NCBI GenBank assembly: GCA_965115955.1
Contig: OZ220473.1
Location: forward strand, 1,301,463 to 1,365,462
DNA: 64,000 bases
From: Dehalococcoidia bacterium
GTDB lineage: Bacteria; Chloroflexota; Dehalococcoidia; Lucifugimonadales; UBA3495
Reading direction: 5' to 3'
In this document: positions 25,588 to 33,917 of the stretch, piece by piece
Position numbering within the stretch: position 1 is the first letter of the stretch
Layout: the number at the start of each line of letters is the position of its first letter
Notes under the pieces: generated by a model
What the model saw: the letters and a program-made list of their open reading frames with translations, nothing else
The model's database searches: none
What the model was told of the DNA's origin: nothing
Position numbers and translations under genes: made by a program

Positions 25588-27639
25588 ATGCAGTACGATC
25601 ACAAGAGAGCGATTGAGCTCCTCCGCATCGGCTCCGGCAAACCGGACGCCCAATTCCGGGACGGGCAGGAAGATGCTATCCGCCATATTGTGGAAGGGGG
25701 CGGCAAGCTCCTGGTCGTCCAGAGGACCGGATGGGGCAAAAGCTTCGTGTATTTCATTGCAACCAGGCTGCTGCGGGAGGGCGGCACAGGCCCGGCGCTG
25801 CTGATTTCGCCGCTGCTGTCGCTGATGCGCAACCAGATTGCGGCGGCAGAACGCATGGGCGTGCGAGCGGAAACCATCAATTCCGATAACCCCGGCAAAT
25901 GGGGTGAGGTGGAGGCGAAAGCCCGCAACAACCAGGTGGATATACTTCTCGTCTCGCCGGAACGGCTGGCAAACGACAGGTTTCGTGAAGACTTTCTACC
26001 CAATATGGCCGATCGTCTCGCGATGCTGGTAATAGACGAGGCGCATTGCATATCCGACTGGGGCCATGACTTTCGCCCTGATTATCGGCGGATTGAAACA
26101 ATCATCCGAAACCTGCCGCCCAATTTCCGGATACTGGGAACTACCGCCACCGCCAACGATCGAGTGGTGAACGACCTTGTCGAAGTGCTGGGGCCGAACA
26201 TCGAAACCCAGCGCGGCGATCTTGGTCGGCCTTCGCTCCTGCTGCAAACCATAAGGATGCCCGGCCTGGCAGAGCGGATGGCGTGGCTTGCCGAGCGGCT
26301 AAAGGATATTCCAGGGTCGGGAATAATCTACACATTGACCAAGCGGGACGCATATCAGGTAACCCGGTGGCTGAAGTCGCAGGGGCTGAACGTTGAAGCA
26401 TACACAGGAGATGTCGAAAACCGGGAAGGGCTGGAAGAAGCCTTGCAAAAGAACCAAGTTAAGGCTCTGGTTGCGACAGTGTCTTTGGGCATGGGTTACG
26501 ACAAGCCGGATTTGGCCTTTGTCATTCACTTCCAGATGCCTAAATCAGTGACCGCCTATTATCAGCAGGTAGGCCGCGCTGGGCGGGCGGTGGATGCAGC
26601 CTACGGCGTGCTGCTGAGCGGGGAGGAGGACATTGATATTAACAATTATTTTATTGATTCAGCCTTTCCAACACCGGGGGAAGTTGAGCAAGTTCTATCT
26701 GTTTTGAGAGGATCCCCTCGAGGGCTCTCTGAATTCGAAATCTTAAGTCTTACTAACCTCAAGAATGGCCGCCTTGACCGCGTCACTAAGATCCTGTCTA
26801 TGGAGTCTCCCGCTCCCCTAGTCAATCAGAGTAGAGGATATTATCCGCTATGGCATATTACTGCTGCACGATTGTCCAGCGAATTTTGGGAGCGTATCGA
26901 GCGCATAACTGTGGTACGAAGAAACGAGCAAAAACAAATGCTCGAATATATTGCCTTGAAATCGGGGCATATGGAATTTCTCATACGGGCGTTGGACGGA
27001 AACCCGGAGAATGTAACGGCGCCCAACCTAAAGCCATTGCCTGCCGGTAAAAGCCAGGAAATGATCCGGAAGGCGACTGAGTTTATCCGTATCAGTCTGT
27101 CAATCGAACCTCGCAAGTACAAAGGGAACTACCCTTGCAGCAGAGGGCAGTCTCTTTGCCTTTGGGGAGATCTGGAATTCGGAAAACTTATCCAGGACGG
27201 CAAATATAGATATAACCGCTTCTCGGACAAGCTGGTAGATGCGTCGGCGCAATTGATACGACAGCGGAACTTTCGGCCTTCGCCTGCCTGGATCACCTGT
27301 GTCCCTTCGCAAAGACGCCCAAATCTCGTCCCAGATTTCGCTCTGCGACTGGCCGAATCCCTCGACCTTCCCTTTAGCGCTGCACTGAGAAAAGTGGCTA
27401 ATCGTCCTGAACAGAAGAGTATGCCCAACGGAGTTCAGCAAAGGAAAAATGTAGAGGCGTCTCTTGAAGTAGTGTCTGCCAACCTGATGCGCGGGCCAGT
27501 CCTGCTGGTGGACGACATGGTGGATTCATGTTGGACTTTCACCATAGCTGCTTCTCTTCTGCGCAACAGCGGGTCTCCGGTGGTTTTCCCATTTGCCTTG
27601 GCCAACTCTAGACCTGGCATGAGTGATATGGATGAATAG
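25588..27639 (+). CDS. RecQ-family SF2 DNA helicase fused to a C-terminal ComF-like phosphoribosyltransferase (PRTase) domain
   Basis: Walker A 'QRTGWGKS', 'VIDEAHCISDWGHDFRPDY', 'TATA' and 'QQVGRAGR'. The C-terminus has the PRPP-binding loop 'PVLLVDDMVDSCWT'. The middle of the gene is noticeably A/T-rich. Confidence 0.8.
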   Translation: MQYDHKRAIELLRIGSGKPDAQFRDGQEDAIRHIVEGGGKLLVVQRTGWGKSFVYFIATRLLREGGTGPALLISPLLSLMRNQIAAAERMGVRAETINSDNPGKWGEVEAKARNNQVDILLVSPERLANDRFREDFLPNMADRLAMLVIDEAHCISDWGHDFRPDYRRIETIIRNLPPNFRILGTTATANDRVVNDLVEVLGPNIETQRGDLGRPSLLLQTIRMPGLAERMAWLAERLKDIPGSGIIYTLTKRDAYQVTRWLKSQGLNVEAYTGDVENREGLEEALQKNQVKALVATVSLGMGYDKPDLAFVIHFQMPKSVTAYYQQVGRAGRAVDAAYGVLLSGEEDIDINNYFIDSAFPTPGEVEQVLSVLRGSPRGLSEFEILSLTNLKNGRLDRVTKILSMESPAPLVNQSRGYYPLWHITAARLSSEFWERIERITVVRRNEQKQMLEYIALKSGHMEFLIRALDGNPENVTAPNLKPLPAGKSQEMIRKATEFIRISLSIEPRKYKGNYPCSRGQSLCLWGDLEFGKLIQDGKYRYNRFSDKLVDASAQLIRQRNFRPSPAWITCVPSQRRPNLVPDFALRLAESLDLPFSAALRKVANRPEQKSMPNGVQQRKNVEASLEVVSANLMRGPVLLVDDMVDSCWTFTIAASLLRNSGSPVVFPFALANSRPGMSDMDE

Positions 27640-28981
27640 TTCAATATCCGATAACACGAAAGCTATCCTGCTGCTGACTGCGCCGCTGATTGTTGGCAAG
27701 GGACAAGGGGCAGACAGCCCTTTGTCCCTAACGGAGTACAACAAGCTGGCTCGCAATCTTTGCGCAGCGGGGATGGAGCCGGTGAATCTGTTGCAGCCCG
27801 GCTGGGAGGAAACGCTGGCGGATTTTGACCTGAAGCGGATTGGACGGTTGCTGGAGCGCGGCTTTCTGCTTAGCCAGGCCATCAGTCGCTGGCAGGAAAG
27901 GGCCATTTGGGTGGTGAGCCGGGCGGATGACGAATATCCGCATCGCCTCAAAAAGCGGCTTGGGCGAAAGGCGCCGCCGGTGCTATATGGCTGCGGCAAT
28001 CAGGAACTGATGGAAATGGAACACCGCGGCCTTGCCGTGGTCGGCTCTCGAAACGCCGGCGAAGAACTGCTGGAGTACTCCAAAGACATCGGCGCTCTGG
28101 CATCCGAATCGGGCGTCACCATAATATCCGGCGCGGCCAGAGGCGTGGACCAGGCGGCAATGCTGGGAGCATTAAGCAAACAGGGAACAGCGATCGGCGT
28201 GCTGGCCGGTGACCTGGAAAGGGAAGCGCTGAACCCCGAACACCGCGAGATGCTGATGGAAGGGAATCTGGCCCTGATTTCCCAATACGATCCCAAGGCA
28301 GGCTTTCATGTCGGCAACGCGATGGGGCGCAACAAGCTGATTTACGCGCTGGCCAACGCAGGGCTGGTGGTGGAATCCGACAACAGCAAGGGCGGCACAT
28401 GGACCGGCGCGGCGGAGCAACTGGATAAGCTGCGTTTTGTGCCGGTTTACACCCGTTCGACGGGCGAGATTGGCGCCGGTCTGCGGGGGCTGCAGCAGAA
28501 AGGCGCAAGGCGCTGGCCTGCCCCGGAGACGCCCGATGCGCTGCGGGAGTTGCTGGCTGACGGCCCTTCTGCTGCGGCAATGGCGGCCCCGGAGCAGGCA
28601 TCTCTCATCCCGGCCTCAGAGAGCGCTGCTGGATTTTGCGAGCGCCAGTCTACAGAACATGAAACGGCGGACAGGCCGGAGCTGGAAGGCGATGTTCGGG
28701 AGGATTTGTCTCCTGCCGAAGATTTGTTCGCCAAAGTTGAGCAGCTTATAAACTCAATGTCAATGGAGGAACCCGTAAGGGATGCTGATGTCAGCGAGCG
28801 TCTGCAAATCGGGAAAAAACAGGCAAAAGACTGGCTCGATCGCCTGGTGAAAGAAGGGAAGTATCGGAAGCTCAACCGGCCGGCCCGTTATGAGAAGGTT
28901 ATCCAGCCGGGGTTCAATGGCTTACGCGCCGGCATTGACGCCCCTGCCCCAGGTGTGCGACACGAATTCCGTAATGTGTAG
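27632..28981 (+). CDS. DprA/Smf (SLOG-fold) family protein with a C-terminal winged-helix-like extension
   Basis: 'LAVVGSRNAG...IISGAARGVDQAAMLGAL...GTAIGVLAGDL...GRNKLIYALA...GGTWTGA'. The ATG overlaps the RecQ-PRTase stop by 8 nt. Confidence 0.8.
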   Translation: MNSSISDNTKAILLLTAPLIVGKGQGADSPLSLTEYNKLARNLCAAGMEPVNLLQPGWEETLADFDLKRIGRLLERGFLLSQAISRWQERAIWVVSRADDEYPHRLKKRLGRKAPPVLYGCGNQELMEMEHRGLAVVGSRNAGEELLEYSKDIGALASESGVTIISGAARGVDQAAMLGALSKQGTAIGVLAGDLEREALNPEHREMLMEGNLALISQYDPKAGFHVGNAMGRNKLIYALANAGLVVESDNSKGGTWTGAAEQLDKLRFVPVYTRSTGEIGAGLRGLQQKGARRWPAPETPDALRELLADGPSAAAMAAPEQASLIPASESAAGFCERQSTEHETADRPELEGDVREDLSPAEDLFAKVEQLINSMSMEEPVRDADVSERLQIGKKQAKDWLDRLVKEGKYRKLNRPARYEKVIQPGFNGLRAGIDAPAPGVRHEFRNV

Positions 28982-29120
28982 CGTTGCCCTGCGCGTTGAC
29001 GGCCCTGCCGCCATCCCCTAAACTGATGCTGGCTTAAACCGTTCTGTAGAGGGCTTGTCATTCTGGCCTTCCCCTCGAGCCGGCAGGGAGGCATTGCAGT
29101 GAACAAAAGGGCGCAAGCGC

Positions 29121-31211
29121 ATGGCTGAACCGAATATCCGCGGGGGCGATGTCGCTCTCTTTATCGACTGGGAAAATTTCAAGATAAGCCTTGCCGCCGG
29201 CAGCCGCTCTCCCAATCTCTCGGCGCTCAAAGAAGAGGTCTCCAACCAGGGGCGGGTGGTGGTCGCCAAGGCCTACGCCGACTGGGTGACCCGGGCCCCG
29301 GAACTCCGCGGCGCCAGCCAGTTCATCAACGACCCGCCTTCTCTCTATGCCGCAGGCATCGAGCCTGTGTTCGTTCCCACACGCATCCCCTCGACCCAGG
29401 CCTCCTCGGCCAACGGAATCCGCACCTACCGCGTCAAGAACAGCGTCGACGTCAAGATGACCGCCGACTGCATCGAGTGCGCCCACTCCTACCCGAACAT
29501 CGGCACTTTCGTGCTGGTGTCGGGCGATTCCGACTTTCTCCACGTGGTCAACGCCCTGCGCACCATGGGCAAGCAGGTGGTCATCATCGGGGTGTCGTGG
29601 AGCACGTCGCGGCGACTGGCCGACCAGGTGGACTCGCTGCTGCTCTACGACAAGGACGTAGACCCGCTGGCTCCGCAGCCGGCGGTGCTGCCGCAGCACA
29701 CGGCAAAGCAGGAAGCCCCCGCCGAAGCGCCGGAACTGGCCGAGGCGCTCAGGGCCATCGAGGAGATCATCCGGGACGAGCGGGCTGCCGGCGGACAGCC
29801 TCTGCTTACCTCTATCAAGCAGCGGATGATGCGCCGCTACCCCAGTTTCGACGAGAAGAAGCTGGGCTTTTCGGGCTTCAAGAAGCTGATGGCCCGCGCC
29901 GCCGAGGACGGCAATATCAAGCTGATCCACTCAGGCTTGGTGGACTGGGCCATTATGGCCGATGAGGAGACGCCGGAAGGCACTATTGAAGAGACCCCCG
30001 CAGGCGTGGCTTCCCGGCCCAGCCGCCGGCGGGGAAGCCGCCGACGCCCCGGCGCACAACGCGAGGGCGATGCCTCCGATGGCGAGCAGGAAACCATCGA
30101 GGCGCCCGCCGAGGAGTCGGCGCCGGTTGCGCCGGCCTTCGCCGAGATGCTGGAAGAGACCGCGGCTACCGACTTTGAGCCGCCCTGGGATACCGGGGTT
30201 GTCGATGCTTCGGAGACCATGGAGGCAGGGCTCGAAGTTTTGGATCTCTCGGAGGCGGAGCCCGGCGAGCTGGAGGCGTCCGCTCCCCTGCTCGACGCCG
30301 GCGAAGAAACCGGCGCCGTTGAAGACGACTCCGGAACCTCCGGGGAACCGGCGACCGCGTCCGATGACGCCGAGCCGGAGGACGGTTTTGGAAATGACCC
30401 GGAACTGGCCGCCGCAGCGCGGGAGGCGCTCTCGCCCCTGGCTCTGCCCGACGATCCCGGAGACGGCCGAAACCCGGACAGGATATCCGACCTCATCGTG
30501 ATGTCCGATCACCTGGAACGACGGCAGGGCGTGGAGCAAGTGTCCTTCAACTACCTGGTGTCTGAAGTCTGTTCCGCTCTGGAGCAGGGACTGGCGGCCG
30601 GCAATGAGCAGATCGCCCGGCGATGGGGCGCCGTAGTCGCGCGCGACTACGTGAGCAAGGCGCTGCGAGGCCTCTCGGAAGGGGGCTTCTTCCGTAGGGC
30701 GGCGCGCTATTGGCGCGACGAGACCAGCGGCCGCCGCCGCCAGCGTCGCACCTTCAACCTGGACCGGGAGAACGAGCTCGTCGGCCGCATCCTGACGGCA
30801 AGGCTGGGATCCGCCGCCGAGACCGCTCCTCCGGGCGGGGCTGTTCCTCCGGGCGAGGCCGCTCCTCCGGGCGAGGCCGCTCCTCCGGGCGAGGCCGCTC
30901 CTCCGGGCGAGGCCGCTCCTCCGGGCGGGGCTGTTCCTCCGGGTGAGACCGCTCTTTCGGGCGAGGCCGCTCCTCCGGAGGAATCATTGTCGGACGCTGC
31001 CACAGTTCAGCCGGCCGTGGCCGAAGAAGATCTGAGGGCAGTAGAGCAACTGGCCCTGGTGGACGATGGCTCCGCCGCGGAGCCTGAACCTGTCGCAGAA
31101 GACCCGACTGCGCCTCAGGCCAACGACGAAGATGAGGGTGAGGAGTACGACGAGCCGCAGCCTCGCACCGTCCGACGCCGTCCCTTCACCAGCCGCCTGT
31201 TGCGGAGTTGA
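29121..31211 (+). CDS. NYN (LabA-like) ribonuclease domain plus OST-HTH/LOTUS domain protein with a long acidic/Pro-rich repetitive C-terminal region
   Basis: NYN acidic motifs 'VALFIDWENF', 'NSVDVKMTADCIE' and 'FVLVSGDSDF'. LOTUS-like segment 'LTSIKQRMMRRYPSFDEKKLGFSGFKKLMARAAEDGNIKL'. Confidence 0.75.
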   Translation: MAEPNIRGGDVALFIDWENFKISLAAGSRSPNLSALKEEVSNQGRVVVAKAYADWVTRAPELRGASQFINDPPSLYAAGIEPVFVPTRIPSTQASSANGIRTYRVKNSVDVKMTADCIECAHSYPNIGTFVLVSGDSDFLHVVNALRTMGKQVVIIGVSWSTSRRLADQVDSLLLYDKDVDPLAPQPAVLPQHTAKQEAPAEAPELAEALRAIEEIIRDERAAGGQPLLTSIKQRMMRRYPSFDEKKLGFSGFKKLMARAAEDGNIKLIHSGLVDWAIMADEETPEGTIEETPAGVASRPSRRRGSRRRPGAQREGDASDGEQETIEAPAEESAPVAPAFAEMLEETAATDFEPPWDTGVVDASETMEAGLEVLDLSEAEPGELEASAPLLDAGEETGAVEDDSGTSGEPATASDDAEPEDGFGNDPELAAAAREALSPLALPDDPGDGRNPDRISDLIVMSDHLERRQGVEQVSFNYLVSEVCSALEQGLAAGNEQIARRWGAVVARDYVSKALRGLSEGGFFRRAARYWRDETSGRRRQRRTFNLDRENELVGRILTARLGSAAETAPPGGAVPPGEAAPPGEAAPPGEAAPPGEAAPPGGAVPPGETALSGEAAPPEESLSDAATVQPAVAEEDLRAVEQLALVDDGSAAEPEPVAEDPTAPQANDEDEGEEYDEPQPRTVRRRPFTSRLLRS
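30823..30980 (+). repeat. In-frame 18-nt tandem repeat (about 8 copies) encoding (A/V)PPGEA
   Basis: GCTCCTCCGGGCGAGGCC units inside the NYN-LOTUS gene. Confidence 0.85.
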
Positions 31212-31223
31212 CGAGCGGAAATC

Positions 31224-31330
31224 GCCCCAGGACGAACAGTCTTTCCCCTGGGGCTTTCCTGCTTGGGTGCGGTGCACGCAGGTTTTGGAACCAGGATGAG
31301 CAGTATTTTCCCTGGGGTTTTCCTGCCCTC
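31224..31330. terminator. Two imperfect 35-nt direct repeats, each a hairpin plus T-run, between convergent genes
   Basis: GCCCCAGG (31224-31231) pairs with CCTGGGGC (31247-31254), followed by TTTCCT. The second, weaker copy lies at 31292-31326 and is followed by TTTT. Confidence 0.5.
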
Positions 31331-31331
31331 C

Positions 31332-32588
31332 CTAAAAATCTAGTATCAGTGTTGACCAGCCGAAATCGCGGGCGCCCAGTCCCTCGGCGGTATAGGGGTG
31401 GTAGTATTCACGGAAGCCTGACCTGGCGATGCATTCCTTGCTCTTCTCTACCAGCGGCTCGCTCAGTTCCGGGTAGCCGTGGCCCCGCAGGGAGTGAGAC
31501 AGGAAATAGTTGGTGTTGATCCATGACGGGCCGCGCCAGATGAAGCCGCCGGAGCTGCCAGGCATGAATTTGGGGTCCGACGCCGGCACCGAAGGCAGGG
31601 GGTAGGGCGTCCAGAAGCGCTCCGGCGGGCGCACCCAGTCCTCTACCAGCCGCTCGACGATGGGGCGGGGCAGGTCGGACAGAATCAGCGGCATCAGCGA
31701 GCTGATGGTCACCGTCTTCAGCGGCTTCTCATCCACGCCCGACAGGTCGAAGAACGCCCCGGCTTCCTCGTCCCAGCACTTCTCCACCAGCGCTTTCAGC
31801 GTCCTGTCGGCCTCGCGGTTGAACTCGGCGGCCTCGGGCGATTCCTCGCCTCCGGTTTCGGCGTGGAGCCGGGCCAGGGCCCGCATGGAGAAGGCGTAGA
31901 TGGAGTTTACCAGCACATCCTCAACGTGGAATATGTCGGCGGCCAGCACGGCATGGTCGTCGCACCGCAAGGGTTCGTAGGCCGCATACACCTTCTTCAG
32001 CGCAGCGATGAAGCCCCGGTTGCTCATCTCCTCCAGCCCCAGCGCCTCGTCGTACTTTGGCGAGCAGTCGGTGCCGGCCTCCTCGGGCTGGATGACGGCT
32101 ATCAGGCCGTCGTCGTCGGGGTCGCGGGCCTCTCGCAGGTAGCGGTAGTAGCGGGTCAGGATGGGCAGGGCCTCCCGCAGGAATTCCCCGTCCTGCGTTG
32201 CCCGGTACACCCGCGCCACGGCGTAGGCGATGATGGGCGGCTGGATGGTGGCGCTGTAGTACGGCTCGGTCATGCCCACGATGTTGCGGCTTAGAAAATC
32301 GGGCTGCTTTTCCATCTCCCAGAATATGATGTGGGGGATGAATCCGCTGGGTTGGGCCCCGCTCATCAGCGAGCGCATTTCCTTCCTGGCCTGCTCCGGA
32401 TCCAGATGCAGCAGGGCGATGGCGTGGAAGCAGGAATCCCAGAACCACTGGAAGGGATAGCCGGTCAGCGAGGGGCAGACAAAGCTGTATTCCCTGCCGT
32501 TCCAGTCGGCCACCCCCTGCCGCAGATTGGACAGCAGTATGCGGCGCGCTCCGGCCTCAAGCTCTTCGCGAGATATGGCGCTGGTCAT
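31332..32588 (-). CDS. (alpha/alpha)6-barrel glycoside hydrolase (GH63 / GDE_C-like)
   Basis: 'YPFQWFWDSCFHAIAL' and overall size. Family-level call only. Confidence 0.6.
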   Translation of the reverse strand: MTSAISREELEAGARRILLSNLRQGVADWNGREYSFVCPSLTGYPFQWFWDSCFHAIALLHLDPEQARKEMRSLMSGAQPSGFIPHIIFWEMEKQPDFLSRNIVGMTEPYYSATIQPPIIAYAVARVYRATQDGEFLREALPILTRYYRYLREARDPDDDGLIAVIQPEEAGTDCSPKYDEALGLEEMSNRGFIAALKKVYAAYEPLRCDDHAVLAADIFHVEDVLVNSIYAFSMRALARLHAETGGEESPEAAEFNREADRTLKALVEKCWDEEAGAFFDLSGVDEKPLKTVTISSLMPLILSDLPRPIVERLVEDWVRPPERFWTPYPLPSVPASDPKFMPGSSGGFIWRGPSWINTNYFLSHSLRGHGYPELSEPLVEKSKECIARSGFREYYHPYTAEGLGARDFGWSTLILDF

Positions 32589-32693
32589 GTTTGGCCTCCC
32601 GATTTCTTGTCGGTTTGCGAAGTTCCCTGAAATTGCAGACGCCCTGCCCGGAATGCCGTTCTGCTCCAGGGCGGCGCGGCCGTCAAAGCCCGG

Positions 32694-33917
32694 CTAGCCG
32701 CGCCGGGGCAGGGCGCGACGGTACAGGTTCAGATACTTCCCGGCGACGGCGGGCCAGGTGAACTCGGCCAGGGCGTAGTCTCGGGCGTCGCTGCCGAGCC
32801 GCTGGCGGGCGTCGTCGTCGTTGACCAGCATCGCGAGGCTGGCGGCGGCGGCCCGGCGGTCGAAGCGGGGGACGACCACCGCGCCCCGTCGCAGCAGCTC
32901 GCGGTTTGCCCCAACGTCGTGGGTCAGCACTGGAGAGCCATAGGCCATTGCCTCGAAATACACCAGGCCGAAGGCCTCGTAGTGCGAGAAGAGAGCGAAC
33001 AGGTCGGCGCGGGCGTACCATCGGGCCAGTTCGCTGTCGGATACCTCGCCGGTCACGATTACTTCACTGCCCAGGGCGCGATCCTCGATAAAGTCGGCTA
33101 TCGCGCCGGCGTCGCCCTCGTCGCGGCCCACCAGCGCCAGGCGTACCGGCTTGTTGAAGCTGCGCCGCGCTTCGGCGTAAACGTCCAGCAGCCACTGCTG
33201 CGCCTTGTGCCGTCCCAGCCGTCCCACGCACAGGATGGTCAACGCCTGAATGCCGCCTTCGCTGCCCGGAAGAGGCCCGCGTTCCGGGCGTATCGACTCT
33301 ACAACCTCGGCGCTGGGCGGAGGCGCTCCCCAGCCTATGATGCTCATCTTGCTGGTCTGGGCCAGGTAGGTGCGCCGCAGGCCCCGCGCTTCCTGCTGCG
33401 TAAGGGAGACGATGGCGTCTGCCGAGCGGCACAGAATCGCATTGAGCGGCGCCAGCCACCATCGCGCGAAGGGCAGGGCGTGGAAGGACGGGGTGAAGAT
33501 GAACCGGGCGCGCTTTCTCCAGTGGATGCGGGCCCAGTAGTGGCCCCAGAACCAGCCGTCGCCGACGAAGTGGATTACGTTGGGCTGGAACTCGTTGAGG
33601 TATTGCCTCACGCGGCGCGGCGAAAACCAGACCAGCGGCACCGAATACGCCGGCGGCGACCACCGGGGGAAGCCGGGCAGCCGGAACACCTGCACGCCGT
33701 CGGGCAGCGTCTCGCGGTCGGGCCAGCCGGGCTGGGCCACTCTGGGGAAGGAATACTTGGTCGTCAGCACGCCCACCGCCTCGACCTGAGGCGATTGCTG
33801 AATCTGGCGGCAAAGCTCCTCTATGGCGCGTTCTATGCCCCCCAGATAGGGGCGGTAGTAGGGGGTCAGATACAGTACGCGCAGCGGCGCGCTATCCACA
33901 GGCGTCCTCCAGGGCAT
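32694..33917 (-). CDS. Glycosyltransferase family 4 (GT-B fold)
   Basis: 'RVLYLTPYYRPYLGGIERAIEEL' and a C-terminal 'EAFGLVYFEAMAYGSPVL' EX7E-like motif. Confidence 0.8.
   Translation of the reverse strand: MPWRTPVDSAPLRVLYLTPYYRPYLGGIERAIEELCRQIQQSPQVEAVGVLTTKYSFPRVAQPGWPDRETLPDGVQVFRLPGFPRWSPPAYSVPLVWFSPRRVRQYLNEFQPNVIHFVGDGWFWGHYWARIHWRKRARFIFTPSFHALPFARWWLAPLNAILCRSADAIVSLTQQEARGLRRTYLAQTSKMSIIGWGAPPPSAEVVESIRPERGPLPGSEGGIQALTILCVGRLGRHKAQQWLLDVYAEARRSFNKPVRLALVGRDEGDAGAIADFIEDRALGSEVIVTGEVSDSELARWYARADLFALFSHYEAFGLVYFEAMAYGSPVLTHDVGANRELLRRGAVVVPRFDRRAAAASLAMLVNDDDARQRLGSDARDYALAEFTWPAVAGKYLNLYRRALPRRG

Noticed and set aside
25588-28981. Interpreting the RecQ-PRTase plus DprA pair as the housekeeping natural-competence genes (comFA/comFC/dprA).
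   Set aside because: The helicase has RecQ-type rather than ComFA-type motifs and is fused to the PRTase. The DprA carries an unusual long C-terminal extension. The block is compositionally atypical, and no comEA, comEC or pilus genes are adjacent. This reading is not fully excluded and is stated as the alternative in the finding.
31228-31326. A pair of 35-nt direct repeats with a 64-nt period, first considered a fourth CRISPR-like mini-locus.
   Set aside because: The copies are imperfect (5 mismatches) and the spacing and repeat length do not fit the 60-61-nt pattern. Each copy folds into a hairpin followed by a T-run between convergent genes, so tandem intrinsic terminators are the simpler reading.
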